Shown one piece after another: positions 26,244-37,300 of a stretch of 64,000 bases of DNA. This DNA is from an uncultured virus (IMG/VR IMGVR_UViG_3300044637_002122) (taxonomy: Duplodnaviria; Heunggongvirae; Uroviricota; Caudoviricetes), in IMG/VR virus record IMGVR_UViG_3300044637_002122; one strand, given 5' to 3'. Made by a program: the position numbers and the translations under genes. Under the pieces are notes generated by a model, which searched no databases, had not been told where the DNA came from, and was given only the letters and a program-made list of their open reading frames with translations. The number at the start of each line of letters is the position of its first letter. Within the stretch, counting starts at the first letter, position 1.

Positions 26244-27227
26244 TCAGGCAGTGGCAGCCACTTCGCCGCGAACCATGAACGCATCGTTCAGGATCACGCA
26301 GGTCTGATAGGCCTTCCAGCTGACGTGGCCGCGCTGGGCCAGCGGGTCGCTGTCGCTGGGCTTGGGGTTCACGACCATCGGCGTCAGGGCGTACATGCCC
26401 TTCAGCGCGATCGTCGCGTACGCATGCGCGCCCAGGAACAGCACGGGGTAGACGTCAGCGTTCGAGCCGCCGCTCGACAGCATCGTGCCCACCGCGCCGC
26501 CGGCATTGATGAACGGCTCGAAGATCGTGGACGACAAGTAGCGCACGTCCTCGACCTTGCCCAGCTCGTTCTCCCACGGCGTCATCGAGCCGTAGCGCTC
26601 GGACGGGGTGAAGCCGCTCAGTCCGCGCACGTCGGCCTCGCAGTCCGGGTGGATCAGCGCGACGTAGCCGGGGGCCACGTTCTCGGTGCCCCAGTTCGGG
26701 GTCGAGCGCACGATCGAGGTGATGAAGCGCGCGTTCTGGCGCTTCAGGGCGCGGACGGCCCGGCGCTGCAGGGTGATCGAGATGGCGGTGTTCACCGCGC
26801 CACGGCTCGCTCCGTTGGCGAAGATCACGTTGGTGCCAGCGCGCAGCACGCCGTAGCGCATCTTCTCGATCATCTGCGCAGCCTGCTCGCCCAGCAGCGA
26901 GACTGCCTCTTGCAGCGTCTGGTCCTCGTGCGTGTCGAGGATGACGTCGCTGATCGTGGTCAGGCCGCCGTACTGCTGCAGGGTGGCCTGTACGTCGGTG
27001 ACGTTCATCTGCTGGCTGGCCGGCGTCACGCCTTCGCTCAGCGTCACGGGGTTGTTCGGCAGCGCGTTGTAGCGGCGGAACCGCATGATGCGGGTGCTGT
27101 TGCTCGGCAGAGGCTTGGCCTGACCGAACTTCTCGAGTACCAGGAACGGGAGGCCGCGCTTGAGCAGCTCTTTTTCGGCGTACGCAGCCGTGCGGGGCGA
27201 AATGTCGCCGTAGAGAGTCGATGCCAT
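26244..27227 (-). CDS. Major capsid protein, N4-gp56 family
   Basis: YGDISPRTA, LEKFGQAKPLP, FRRY, LSEGVTP, LQQYG, HPD.EADVR, ELGKVEDVRY, DVYPVL, SDPLAQRG..WK; AAAGGA SD. Confidence 0.93.
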   Translation of the reverse strand: MASTLYGDISPRTAAYAEKELLKRGLPFLVLEKFGQAKPLPSNSTRIMRFRRYNALPNNPVTLSEGVTPASQQMNVTDVQATLQQYGGLTTISDVILDTHEDQTLQEAVSLLGEQAAQMIEKMRYGVLRAGTNVIFANGASRGAVNTAISITLQRRAVRALKRQNARFITSIVRSTPNWGTENVAPGYVALIHPDCEADVRGLSGFTPSERYGSMTPWENELGKVEDVRYLSSTIFEPFINAGGAVGTMLSSGGSNADVYPVLFLGAHAYATIALKGMYALTPMVVNPKPSDSDPLAQRGHVSWKAYQTCVILNDAFMVRGEVAATA

Positions 27228-27495
27228 GTTGATGTCCTTTCAAAGTTGGCATGCACCAGTCCGGCATGGGCGCCGGACACCTTGGAAGGAGCGGACTCGG
27301 GGTCAGCAACAGGCTCTCGTGAACGTGCTCGGGGCGCTTGGCGTATCCCGCGTCCAGCCGCATGCGACTTGCGTCATGCTCCAGAAAGTGCTCGGTGGGC
27401 TATATCCGGCGCACCGCGCAACGCCGGCCCTGGCATTCGTATCCCTGCGCTCGGGTTGCAGGGCTGTGAGGGCAGAATTTGCCTCGCAGGCTTTC
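27228..27495 (-). ncRNA. Candidate structured leader RNA upstream of the major capsid gene
   Basis: 268-nt non-coding gap containing at least five hairpins, one with a GCAA tetraloop. Confidence 0.45.
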
Positions 27496-27963
27496 TCAGA
27501 TCGTGCAGCCGGCGTGACGCCGTCGCTTCTCGCTCAGGTACGCCGCATAAGCAAGCTCAGCGGTGTCGAAATAGCCGATGTGATGCCTCTTCTTGTCGTA
27601 CGTGATTTGCGCCCTGAACTTGTTGCGCGACTTGTGGAGAGAAACACCAAGCAGACCGGCGGACTTGTTGTTCGACTGCGCCTTCTTTGCGTTCTGTTGG
27701 TTCGTCGAGCGATCGACGTCCCTTAGATTGCAGATCCGGTTGTCCGCCTTGTTGCCGTTGATGTGGTCAATCTCGCCTTCTGGCCACTTGCCGTACATCA
27801 GTCTCCAAGCCAGACGGTGCGCCGAGTAGACGCGGCCACCAACCTTGACTCGAACCCTGCCCTCCGGATCGATCCAGGTGCTCTGTTGACCGAACGGGCC
27901 GGAGATGAATCCGGTATCCTGGTCGTACACCAAGTCCTCTAGCCGGATGGCGACTGTTGCCAT
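27496..27963 (-). CDS. Free-standing HNH endonuclease with AP2-like DNA-binding domain
   Basis: AHRLAW..GKWPEGEIDHINGNKADNRICNLR..NQQN; GLLGVSLHK..FRAQI..HIGYFDTAELAYAAY; TGATG coupling to the scaffold gene. Confidence 0.92.
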   Translation of the reverse strand: MATVAIRLEDLVYDQDTGFISGPFGQQSTWIDPEGRVRVKVGGRVYSAHRLAWRLMYGKWPEGEIDHINGNKADNRICNLRDVDRSTNQQNAKKAQSNNKSAGLLGVSLHKSRNKFRAQITYDKKRHHIGYFDTAELAYAAYLSEKRRRHAGCTI

Positions 27964-28919
27964 CAGAACGCCTCCCACGCACCCTCGAAGTCGTCCTTCG
28001 GGGCCGCGGGCTTTTCTGGCAGGCGCACGCCACCAGAGCGCACGCCTTCCATGCTTTGCAGGTCCTCGTCGACGGCGGCGCCAGTGTCCTCTTGCGAGGG
28101 CTGGGCGGCCGCGGCGGGGGCCTGCTTCTTGCCGGCCGTCTCCTTGAAGACGTCCAGCAGATCGATCACCTCCTCGGCCGTGCCGCCCTGGGCGACGTTC
28201 TGCGCATCGGCGCGAACGTCATCGGGCAGGCCATCCAGGAAGGCCTTGAAGTCGGGCGACTGCGCGACGTCGCGGAAGTCGGGGTGACGCGCGGCGATCG
28301 CGGTGAAGTGGGCCCGCTCCGCCGTGCTGTTGAACTTCGTGTCCAGCTCGTCAGCTTTCTTGGCGACGGGCTCGACCTCCTCTTTGGCGAAGGCCTTGGC
28401 CAACACCTTGATCATGCCGATGAACTCGTTGCCGAAGTCCTCGGACAACTGGGCCATCGCCTGCTCCGGAGTCATCTCTCCGGACTCCACGGCCTCCGCG
28501 GCCGCGTTGGCGGCCTGGGCCAGATCCTCGGACCCGCCGACGGCCGCAGCTCCGGCGACGCCCTCGAGCATCTCCGACGCCTCCTCGGCGTCCTGCCCGG
28601 CTGCCGGCTTCGCGGCCTTGCCGCTGATCTCGGCCTCTCGAGCCCTCAGTCGCCCCTCCCAGGAGCGCAGCTTCTGGGCTTGCTGCTCGAGCGCCTCGGG
28701 TGAGAGCTCGGGGCCGGCCGCCGGTGCTGCGGCAGCAGGCGCGACAGCGGCCTCCTCGCCGGCCGGCTGAGCGACCTCGCCGTCTCCAAGCTCGCCACCA
28801 TCCGCGGCGTCGGCGGCGCCGGCGGCATCGCCCGCTCCGGCGCCAAGGCCCGGGGCGTCCTCGCCCTCGTTGAAGGCGGCGGCGAACTCGGGGTCGATCT
28901 CTTCGATTTCGGGATCCAT
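27963..28919 (-). CDS. Capsid scaffolding protein (318 aa)
   Basis: Acidic and Ala-rich; HF.AI..RHPDF..SPDF..FL; C-terminal DDFEGAWEAF; between portal and MCP; GAGAGGA SD. Confidence 0.75.
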   Translation of the reverse strand: MDPEIEEIDPEFAAAFNEGEDAPGLGAGAGDAAGAADAADGGELGDGEVAQPAGEEAAVAPAAAAPAAGPELSPEALEQQAQKLRSWEGRLRAREAEISGKAAKPAAGQDAEEASEMLEGVAGAAAVGGSEDLAQAANAAAEAVESGEMTPEQAMAQLSEDFGNEFIGMIKVLAKAFAKEEVEPVAKKADELDTKFNSTAERAHFTAIAARHPDFRDVAQSPDFKAFLDGLPDDVRADAQNVAQGGTAEEVIDLLDVFKETAGKKQAPAAAAQPSQEDTGAAVDEDLQSMEGVRSGGVRLPEKPAAPKDDFEGAWEAF

Positions 28920-28948
28920 GCTTCCTCTCGCGCCGAATGCCGGCCCCC

Positions 28949-29188
28949 TCACAGTAGAGGAACGCTCCCCGGAAGTCCGAAGATGGCTTCCTTCAGGCTC
29001 TTGGCCTGCCTCAGCGCACCCTGCACCTTGTGAAGGTCCTCGGCCGCAACATCGGCGAGTCGCTCCTTATAGGAGAGCTCGATGAGTTCCAGCAACCCGA
29101 GAACGTGGAGAAGCGCGTCGCCTTCGCGGTACTCGCGCACCGCAGCGACCTTGGCCACCATCTGCTCGTGAATGCTCATTTGCCTCAT
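28949..29188 (-). CDS. Small hypothetical protein between portal and scaffold
   Basis: Coupled ORF with a helical pattern ending in QGALRQ. Confidence 0.6.
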   Translation of the reverse strand: MRQMSIHEQMVAKVAAVREYREGDALLHVLGLLELIELSYKERLADVAAEDLHKVQGALRQAKSLKEAIFGLPGSVPLL

Positions 29189-31674
29189 CCATCAATCCTT
29201 TGAGTCTCGATCCCTTCGTTCAGGCCGACCATGCCGGTAGCCGGCTGCGGGGCGGCGTCCGGGGGATCTGCGCTCGGCGCGCCGGTGTCCGCGTTGCCCG
29301 GAGACGCGGGGTCCGTGTTGCCGCGCGGCTCGACGGCGAAGGACTGGCCGCTGCCGAGCACCTGGTGCGTGCCGGGCTCCTCCTGAACCGGCGGCGTGTT
29401 GAGCTGCGCCATGCTCGGTTCTGGCGTGGCGTCCTGCCACCCGCTCGACCGAAGGATCTCGTCGCCCGCGGGAGCGATGACCGGGTTGCTGGTGGCCACG
29501 CCGCCGGCTTGAAGTCCGGCGTAGGCCGCGGACACCTTGGTCTCGACGGTCTGAGCGCGGATCAGCGCCACCGACTCCAGACTCTTCTTGGTCTCGGCCA
29601 TGATGCGCTGCGACTCGGCCATCGTCTTCTCCAGTGTCGCGGCCATGGTCTGCATCTGCAGCATCAGCGTCTGCTGCTGGAGCTGCGCCTGCATCATGGC
29701 CTGCGGACTGTTGCGTTCGGCCTCGAACTCCTCCTGCGTCTTGACGCAGTCGACCAGCTCGTTCGCTTCTGCGCGCAGCTTGTTGAGCTGGCCGCGCTTG
29801 ATCCACGGGTCGTCGAGCGGGTTGGCTGTGAGCTGAGCGAACTCATTGAGCTGGCGCGCCCTAACCTCCTTGGCAACCAGGCTGGCGCTGCCGGTGGCCT
29901 CGATGTCGTAGTCGCCCTTGATGGAGTCGTCCTTGTTGAACTTCATGTTCCAGTGGTACATGCCGGTCACAAAGGAGATCGTGACGCCCTCGTCGTAGTT
30001 GGTGACCAGGTCCTTTGTCACGATGTTGACGGCGCCCATCATCATCGACAGGCCTGAGCTCGTGCCAGCAGCCCCGGAGGTCACGTTCTCGCCACTCATG
30101 TAGCGCGGGATTGCGGTCGTCTCGTCGGCGTTGTTCTCGAACATCTGCGCCATGCGCGCAAGCTCGCCGGTGTTTGACGACAGGTTGATCTCTCGGATGG
30201 CGGGCGCGCCCGGGTTGGTGTTGTTACGCGGCCAGATCTTCCACGGAGTGATCTCGTCGATGTTCTGATTCGTGGACAGGAGGTGCGGGCTGACCTCGAG
30301 CTGCGGGCCGCTGGTGATGGCCGCGTTGTCGATCATGATCCGGGTCGATGCGTTGAGCATCTCCTGGTCGTCGCGCATGATGCTCGCCAGGCCCTCTGGG
30401 AAGATCGTCGACTCGTCCTTGTCGAAGTAGTAGATGTGGTACGGCCAGGTCGTGCCGTCGAGGGCCTGCAGAGCGACCTTGATGATCGTTCCGTTGGGCA
30501 GCATCCAGATGTTCGAGAAGAACGATTCGTGGATCCTGTCCTGCGGCACGTTCACGCCGGCGGCGGAAAGATCCTCTCCGTTCATCCAGCCCCACCGCTC
30601 CAGTACCTCATAGGTGCCTCCGGCGTCGCCCTGGGTGCTGTTGCGATCTCCGATCGTGCGCAGCTCGTTGTCCCAGTAGCGCGGCTGCGCGTGACCCTTG
30701 GGGTTGGCCTGTATCCAGTCGACGATGTGCTGGCGCCACTTCTCGAAGCTCTTGCGCGTGGCCAGGTCGCTCATCTCCTGGCGCGTCATGGTGTGGCGCT
30801 CGTAGACGAAGCGGCAGGCGCGCAGCTCGGTGGCGCTCATGTCCGGGTAGAAGCGCCACACCGGGACGTGATCCAGGAACGGCAGGTAATACTCGCTGGA
30901 CTGCGGTGTCCACTTGCCATCGGCCATCGAAAAGCGAGTCTTGATCCTCTTCTCGACAAGAGGCCCCTTCATGATGCCGATGCCGTACAGGTGGCCACTG
31001 TGGATCGTCTTCAGCGCGATCGGCTTGTATCGAGCCTCGACCAGCTGATCGGCGATCACGTCGCTCATTCGCTTGGCCGACTCCTTGGCCATGGCCTTGG
31101 CCGCCTCTTCGATCACCTCGCGAGGCGGAGGGGTTCTCGAGAGCTGCTCGATCTGCGCCGCAACCTGCTCCCGCGCCTGGGAGGTCGCCTGCTCCTGCGG
31201 CATGCCGGATTCCACGGCCTGCTGCACCATCTGCTCGGCCTGCTGCATCAGCTCCTGCTGGCGCTGCTGCAGAAGCTGCTGCGTGATCTTGGCGACCGCC
31301 TCCGGCGAAATGGTCGGCTTCGGTGTCTCCTTGATGGCCCAGTTCTTGGTGATGCCGGTCGGGAACAGCAGGTCCGCCACGCGGGCGTCGATCGTCTTGA
31401 TCTTGACGCGCGTCTTGCGCACGAATGCCCGCGACCGCGCCTTGCCGATCTTGGCCTCCACATCGGGGTCGTACTGGCCGCGGTACTGACGCAGGTCGCG
31501 CAGCCAGCGCTGCTCGGTCAGCTGCCGGTCAGACTCGGCGCGCTTGAACTCCTCGAGCAGGGTCGCACCAAGAGACTGGAGAAGCTGGCTTTGGTTAGAC
31601 GGTGGCGGCGCTTCTTCAAACGCAGCCTCTGCTGCGATGATGTAGATCTCCTGATCGCTCTGCTGACCCATCAT
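29185..31674 (-). CDS. Portal protein
   Basis: EQRWLRDLRQYRGQYD, SRAFVRKTRVK, LYGIGIMKGP, FYPDMSAT, YEVLERWG, MIDNAAITSGPQ, TSSGLSMMM, IKGDYDIEATG. Confidence 0.88.
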   Translation of the reverse strand: MMGQQSDQEIYIIAAEAAFEEAPPPSNQSQLLQSLGATLLEEFKRAESDRQLTEQRWLRDLRQYRGQYDPDVEAKIGKARSRAFVRKTRVKIKTIDARVADLLFPTGITKNWAIKETPKPTISPEAVAKITQQLLQQRQQELMQQAEQMVQQAVESGMPQEQATSQAREQVAAQIEQLSRTPPPREVIEEAAKAMAKESAKRMSDVIADQLVEARYKPIALKTIHSGHLYGIGIMKGPLVEKRIKTRFSMADGKWTPQSSEYYLPFLDHVPVWRFYPDMSATELRACRFVYERHTMTRQEMSDLATRKSFEKWRQHIVDWIQANPKGHAQPRYWDNELRTIGDRNSTQGDAGGTYEVLERWGWMNGEDLSAAGVNVPQDRIHESFFSNIWMLPNGTIIKVALQALDGTTWPYHIYYFDKDESTIFPEGLASIMRDDQEMLNASTRIMIDNAAITSGPQLEVSPHLLSTNQNIDEITPWKIWPRNNTNPGAPAIREINLSSNTGELARMAQMFENNADETTAIPRYMSGENVTSGAAGTSSGLSMMMGAVNIVTKDLVTNYDEGVTISFVTGMYHWNMKFNKDDSIKGDYDIEATGSASLVAKEVRARQLNEFAQLTANPLDDPWIKRGQLNKLRAEANELVDCVKTQEEFEAERNSPQAMMQAQLQQQTLMLQMQTMAATLEKTMAESQRIMAETKKSLESVALIRAQTVETKVSAAYAGLQAGGVATSNPVIAPAGDEILRSSGWQDATPEPSMAQLNTPPVQEEPGTHQVLGSGQSFAVEPRGNTDPASPGNADTGAPSADPPDAAPQPATGMVGLNEGIETQRIDG

Positions 31675-31958
31675 TGCTCCTGGATCTCGACGTATAGGTC
31701 GATCTCGCGGATCACCGGATTCGTGGCGCTGGTGGTGACGAGGATCACGATGTTGTACTCGTTGTCAGGCGTGCCGCCAGACACGGTGACCCTGAGGCGC
31801 AGGCCAACCGTCTCGAGCGTTGCCGAGATGCCGGGCGGCACGATGATCGAAGCCGAGGCGAGCGTGTCATCCCGCGTCGAGAACCACTCGGACAGGTCGA
31901 AGATGTAGTCGCGCGCCTCGCGCGTTTGCTTGCGGGATCTCTTGGTCGCGAGAGTCAT
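31671..31958 (-). CDS. Small Ig-like fibre/adaptor protein
   Basis: DYIFDLSEW..DTL.SA..VSGGT..Y.I..TTS pattern. Confidence 0.55.
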   Translation of the reverse strand: MTLATKRSRKQTREARDYIFDLSEWFSTRDDTLASASIIVPPGISATLETVGLRLRVTVSGGTPDNEYNIVILVTTSATNPVIREIDLYVEIQEQ

Positions 31959-31967
31959 GTTTCTTCC

Positions 31968-32375
31968 TCAGGCCTTGCTGGGCACGTACACGATGTCGTC
32001 CCACGGCGCCGGCGTGACGTCTGGGACCGCTGCCCCAGCGACAGGAGGAGCGGTCCCGATGACCACATCGAGGGGAATGTCGAAGACCCCCGCGAACATG
32101 GAGACAAGGATGTTGTCCTCGTACAGCCTATAAGTCGTGGACACCGAAGCCGTCGCCTCAAGTGATCCGTCTTCGTAGACGACGCCGGGGAAGGATGCGG
32201 GGCTGCTGAGCAGCATCCTGTAGCGGCTCCCAGCAACCAGGCCGTCGTTGAACATCGCACCGGGCCCATTGGGCCCAGAGCCTGTGGCGGCCAAGATCTC
32301 GGAGCCGAGTAGACCAACGAAAGGCGTCCCAAAGATCGGGCGCCCTCCAGCGGTCTCGTTCATGTTGCGCCACAT
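31968..32375 (-). CDS. Hypothetical virion protein
   Basis: Coupled ORF in the structural block. Confidence 0.55.
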   Translation of the reverse strand: MWRNMNETAGGRPIFGTPFVGLLGSEILAATGSGPNGPGAMFNDGLVAGSRYRMLLSSPASFPGVVYEDGSLEATASVSTTYRLYEDNILVSMFAGVFDIPLDVVIGTAPPVAGAAVPDVTPAPWDDIVYVPSKA

Positions 32376-32377
32376 GA

Positions 32378-34360
32378 TCAGGCCGCCGTCACCACGTTGT
32401 GCCAGCGGCCGGTTCCGCCAGAGTTGCGCAAGTTAACCTGCCAAGTTCCTGACGACGGGAACGTGTTGATCAAGCCGGAGCCGCCGGCCCCAAGCGTCAC
32501 CGTGCCGTTGATCACTGTCGTGCCCGATCCGGTGTTTCCAGCGATTGCCGTGAACGAGAGCACCTCGCCGGCGGCCATCGCTGGGCTGCCGGTGTTGAGC
32601 GAGAACGGCCCAACTGTCGCACTGAAGCCGGATGACGGGGCGGCCGCGATGCTGAACGACACGCTGTTGCTGTTCGCCGTGTTTGAGCCGGTGTCTGTGG
32701 CTCGGAACGTGGCGGAGTAGTTGCCGGAGGCGGTCGGGGTGCCACTGACAACTCCGGTGCTGGAGTTGATGGAAAGGCCAGGCGGAAGGCTGCCGGATAC
32801 CACGCTGTAGGCAAACGGCGCAAGGCTGCCCGAGAAGAAGCTGGACAGGCTGGATCCGCTCCAAGCAAACGCGCTTCCGACCGTCCCGCTCTGAGCGCCA
32901 ACAGTCCCACTGAAGGAGACTGGGGACGATGAGGACGACACCGTGATGCCGAACAGGTTGCTGTCCGCAGTAAGCGATCCGACGTCTGTCCTCCTGACTC
33001 GCAGGTTGGAGCTGGTCCCTACAGTAGTCGGCGCTCCACTGATAACGCCTGCCGAGCTGACCGTTACTCCAGCGGGCCATGTACCGACGGCGCTGTACGT
33101 GCCAGAGTCTCCGGAGTCAGGGTCAGAGAACCGGCTGACGACACTGATCGGAGTCATCGAGGAGTTGACCACAAGCGTAGGAACGCTGATGTCAGGCCCA
33201 ACAAACGACGGCGCCTCGTTGACGTTGTTGATGTTGAGAGTGACCGCCTGAGTAGCAGAGTCTCGAAGCACGTTGAAGCTATACGAGGCCTTTGTCTCGC
33301 GGTCGAAGTTGCCCGACGCGAGCGTGACGACGCCGCCGGACGAGATCGCCAGCGCGGGCGCATCGGTGCCGGTCAGGCTCCAGGCCGTGCCGCCGGTGGC
33401 CGACCAGGTGCCGGCGTTGTTCTGGTTCTCGTTGACAGCGTGGGTGATGCTCGCCGCGCCGGCTGCGCCAGAGGGGCCGGTGATGACAGGGCCAGAGGCC
33501 TCCTCGAACTCAGTTGCCCCGATGTCCGGCGCCGCTCCCTGCGGGATGCTCAGGCCGAACAGGTCAACCGTGACGCCGCTGATGGTCGTGCCTGTGTTGC
33601 CGAGCTTGGTGCTGCCAGAAGCGCGTCTATAGTCCTCGGTGCCACTCCCGGTGTTCACGAAGTCGCCAGAGGCCAGGCCCGTCTGACCGCTCGTGCCCAG
33701 CGCCGTGCCGTTGCTCGTGGCGTTGTGCGTGGTGCCACCGAGTGGCGTGCCGTCCAAGTCGGTGGTGAAGCCGAAGAATGCGCAGCCTGCCGCGCCAAGG
33801 CCCGAGAAGTTCGACCTTGCTGCACTGACCGCGCCATTGGCTACCAAGGTGCAGCGCTCCAGCATCAGAGAGCCGTTGCCATCCGCGAGAAACGTGCCGC
33901 CAGTCTTGCCAACAAGCAGCGACGACACAACCTTGCTGCCCGAGCCGGAGTCATTGACCAGCAGGTTGTTGCTCGCGCCCTGATCGAGGATTGAGCGTCG
34001 AATTTGTGCGCCGCCACCCACTTGGAAAAGCTGCCCGTCGCCGTTGCCACGGGTCAGTTGCAAGCCCTCGATGATGGCTCGATTGGTCTGCAGGATCAGC
34101 GAGCAGTAGTCGCGCAGGTAGATGGTGGCGCGCGTGCCGTAGATCGGCCACAGCCGGCCAGTGATGGCGCGCCCGCTGGAGGGTCGAATCACCGCGCGGA
34201 AGCCGCTGCCGCCGGGGTTGAGGGTCAGCGACCCCGAACCGATGTTGAGCGCTGCAAGATCGATCTCTGCAATCTCGTCTTCAGTCCAGACGGTCTGGGC
34301 ATTGCGCGCGGTGATCCAGGCGGCAAGGCCCGCTTCGGTAGTGATGGTGGTGACGGCCAT
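32378..34360 (-). CDS. Structural/adhesin protein with beta-helix-like N-region, cadherin-like and putative-Ig domains
   Basis: PDIGATEF; VNEN..FDRETKASYS..NINNVNEAPSF (cadherin-like); GSLPPGLSINSSTGVVSGTPT (putative Ig). Confidence 0.72.
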   Translation of the reverse strand: MAVTTITTEAGLAAWITARNAQTVWTEDEIAEIDLAALNIGSGSLTLNPGGSGFRAVIRPSSGRAITGRLWPIYGTRATIYLRDYCSLILQTNRAIIEGLQLTRGNGDGQLFQVGGGAQIRRSILDQGASNNLLVNDSGSGSKVVSSLLVGKTGGTFLADGNGSLMLERCTLVANGAVSAARSNFSGLGAAGCAFFGFTTDLDGTPLGGTTHNATSNGTALGTSGQTGLASGDFVNTGSGTEDYRRASGSTKLGNTGTTISGVTVDLFGLSIPQGAAPDIGATEFEEASGPVITGPSGAAGAASITHAVNENQNNAGTWSATGGTAWSLTGTDAPALAISSGGVVTLASGNFDRETKASYSFNVLRDSATQAVTLNINNVNEAPSFVGPDISVPTLVVNSSMTPISVVSRFSDPDSGDSGTYSAVGTWPAGVTVSSAGVISGAPTTVGTSSNLRVRRTDVGSLTADSNLFGITVSSSSSPVSFSGTVGAQSGTVGSAFAWSGSSLSSFFSGSLAPFAYSVVSGSLPPGLSINSSTGVVSGTPTASGNYSATFRATDTGSNTANSNSVSFSIAAAPSSGFSATVGPFSLNTGSPAMAAGEVLSFTAIAGNTGSGTTVINGTVTLGAGGSGLINTFPSSGTWQVNLRNSGGTGRWHNVVTAA

Positions 34361-34367
34361 GTGGTCC

Positions 34368-37300
34368 TCAGAACTTGTAGAGCTTCGCGCCGACGAAGCA
34401 GTGGTCCCACACCAGCACCGCGTTCAGAGCCTCAATCCAGTGAGTGCGACCCTGTGCAAGTCGCTCTTGAATCGGGCTCGCGTTGGCAAAACTCAGCGGG
34501 GATAGAGTCCACGGTGTCGTGGTCGGGTCAAGTTGCAGCGCTTGCATGCCGCCCACGTTGTTGCGCGTCCAGACCCAGTACCGATTCAGCGGCGGCACGT
34601 AGACCATCGAGTACGCGTCGTAGAAGGCGTCGGCCGGCTGGAAGTTGGCCCGCGTCAGGCCGCCACCGAGCTGCACGTCGGTGCCAGTTGCGGTGACGCC
34701 CGTGTCCAGGTTGTGAACCCAGTAGCGCCCTGCCCGTCCGCCGGTTGCGGCGGGGGCGTTGAAAGACACCACCGTGCGACCCTGCCGCACCACAGCCGCG
34801 TCATTGAAGTTAAGGCCGTAGACGCCGCTCCAGCCCGCCCACGTCTGTGTGTTCCAGTTGTAGGCGTAGGCGCCCTGACCCGCCGACCCGGAGGCGCTGC
34901 ACAGCACCCGGTTCGTAGCCTCATCCCAGATCGCCAGAGACTGCTCGGCGGCGTGAATTTCAATGACGCCAGTGGCGTTCGGCGCGGCGCCCCCAGTGCT
35001 GCGAATCTGATCGTTGACCAGGCGCTTGAGGACCCACTGTCCCGTGGCGATGTCGTACCGCCACAGGCGCCGTGCGTGCATGAACACCGACCCTTGAGCG
35101 CCAACGGTCGGCACGTACACCAAGCCCTGATAGCTGTGCCGCGCCGTGGGCTTGCCGTCGGTGGGGATCTCGTCGTACATCGGCCCGTTCAGGGCTGGCA
35201 CCAGAACGCCAGTCGTCAGCCCCGCCGCGTTGTTTGCGTTGAAGTTGGCCGCCGCCGTGGCGGTGCTCTGAGGGTGGTTGGTGCTGCTCCCGTTGGTGAG
35301 GTAGGCCGTGCTCATGGTTGAGCGCGGGCTAGGCGGGCATTCGATGGCCCACTGCATCCGGTAGAAGTCGAACCGGTACAGCCCATTGTTGTAGCCGTCA
35401 GAGTGGCCGCCGCCGAGGAACCACAGTCGCGCGTTCGCCTGGTCAATCGTGAAGCCAGACCACGACTGCATCAGGTTGGACGAGTTCGAGAAGCCCCAGA
35501 GTTGCTGCAGGCTCCACCCGGCGGAAACGGCCTGGACGGCGGCCGTGAGCTGCGTGTCGATGCGCGAGCCACCCACCTCGATCCATCGGCCCGTGGGCAC
35601 GGTGTTCCAGGACGCCAGATTGACGCGCCCTTGAGCATCGCGGCCTGGCGTCCAGACATCGCCCACCAGGGTGCCGAGTTCGGAGCCCGCACCCCATGTT
35701 TCTGTTGACCTGGCGCGCACGGCCCAAGTCGGGTCGCCCGCGTCTTGTGCTGCGACACCGCTGGCGAAGTTCGGAGCGCTCACGACGCGCTGGTAGCCGG
35801 CCGCGGCGCCAGGGATCCCAAACTCCGCGCAGTACGACAGCGCGGGCATCAGGTTGTGCCAGTAGCTGCCGACGCTACCAATGCCGCCGAACAGCAGCGA
35901 GCCGTCGCCAAGCTCTTTGGTCGGCGGGGCGCTGCATCCGGGCTGCTGGCTCCACAGCGCGGTGAACGACGACTCGGCGCCAGAGGGCTCGGCCCACGTC
36001 CAGCGCCACATGTCACCTGGCGTTGCGGGCCACGGGCCGCTGCCGTCGTTCCAGTTGGCGTTGTCCTGCGCCGCGGTGCCGAAGGCGAACGCGCCAGCGT
36101 AGCGGTAAGGGTAGCCGGCTGCGCTGAAGTCGTCGGTGGTCCGCGTGGCGACAGACTTGCCGAGAAACTCGAACCAGCCCGCGAGCTTGGCGGCCTCGGC
36201 GATGCCGTCGCCTGTCAGGTGACGGGCGTAGCCCACCGCCGCCGTGACGAAGTCCTGCATCCACGATGCCGCGGCTAGGGGCGGCGTCGTGCCCGGCGTG
36301 TAGCCGTCCGTCAAGCCCGGCAGGATCGAGTTCATCCAGCCAAACGGGTGACTGGACTGGGCCACGTAGCGCGAGTGGTTGAACGCGGCGGTGTTCGACA
36401 GTTGCCGCTCGAACTCGGCTTGCAGCGGGTCATCGTCGGGGCTGATGGCCGCGGCTTGCGCGATGGCGCGCAGTGCCCAGGCGACTCCCCGCACCTGAAG
36501 GTACGAGAAGGTCTGAAGCACGCCGTCGCCGTTCTGGCGGAATGACGTGCTGGCGTGCATCATCGCCAACGAAGCGTTGAACTGCGCCGTCTCGATGTGG
36601 CACCAGCGGCCCGAGATCAAGGCGGACACAAACCCCATTGACGGGAGGTGCGACACTTTCCAAGTGGGCGGCACTGAGCCGGTCTGCGTGGCGCTCTGAG
36701 ACGCACCCGATCCGGTGTCACCGATGCCCGCGCTGCTGTTGCCGATGATCCGCGTCGCGTGGTCCAGCAAGCGCGGCGGGCTCAGGGTGTTTTCGTCGCG
36801 GTAGTAGACGCCATAGCGGCCAGCGCGGTAGGCGTGCTGCTGGGCCACGCGGTATGCCTTGCGGCTGCCGTTGGTGTAGACCATGGCGTCCCAGCGAGGC
36901 AGCAGGCCGATGGACAGGTGGTATCCACCAGCCCCCATGCCGTTGGGGTACAGACCCTGCTCGTGCGGGCTGGTGATGCTCTCGGACCACGAGGTGATCG
37001 CGCTGTCAGGGCTCGTCGCGGAATAGTTCGGGACCAGCTTGGTGGCCTCGATGTACGCGGCGCTGTGCCGGATGAACACGTCCGGGTCAGTCGCCAGCCA
37101 GTGCGCGAGCTTCGTGCCCGTCAGCAGGTACAGGCGCTGACGGCCGCAGAAGTCCAACGTGATGCTCTCGCGCTGCGTGCCGCCCAGATCGAAGGTCCAC
37201 GTCTCGTTGCGGCTGGTCGCGCCGGCCACCATGACGTAGCCGTTCTCCAACCAGGGCAGCACCTCCACAGCCCCGCCTGCCCACAGCCGTACCTCGACGT

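Noticed and set aside
27380..27430. GGAUAUAGCCC in the capsid leader resembles the group I intron S element, and an HNH gene is adjacent
   Set aside because: No matching P7 partner (GGCUA/GACUA) was found, and the flanking genes are complete, so nothing needs splicing.
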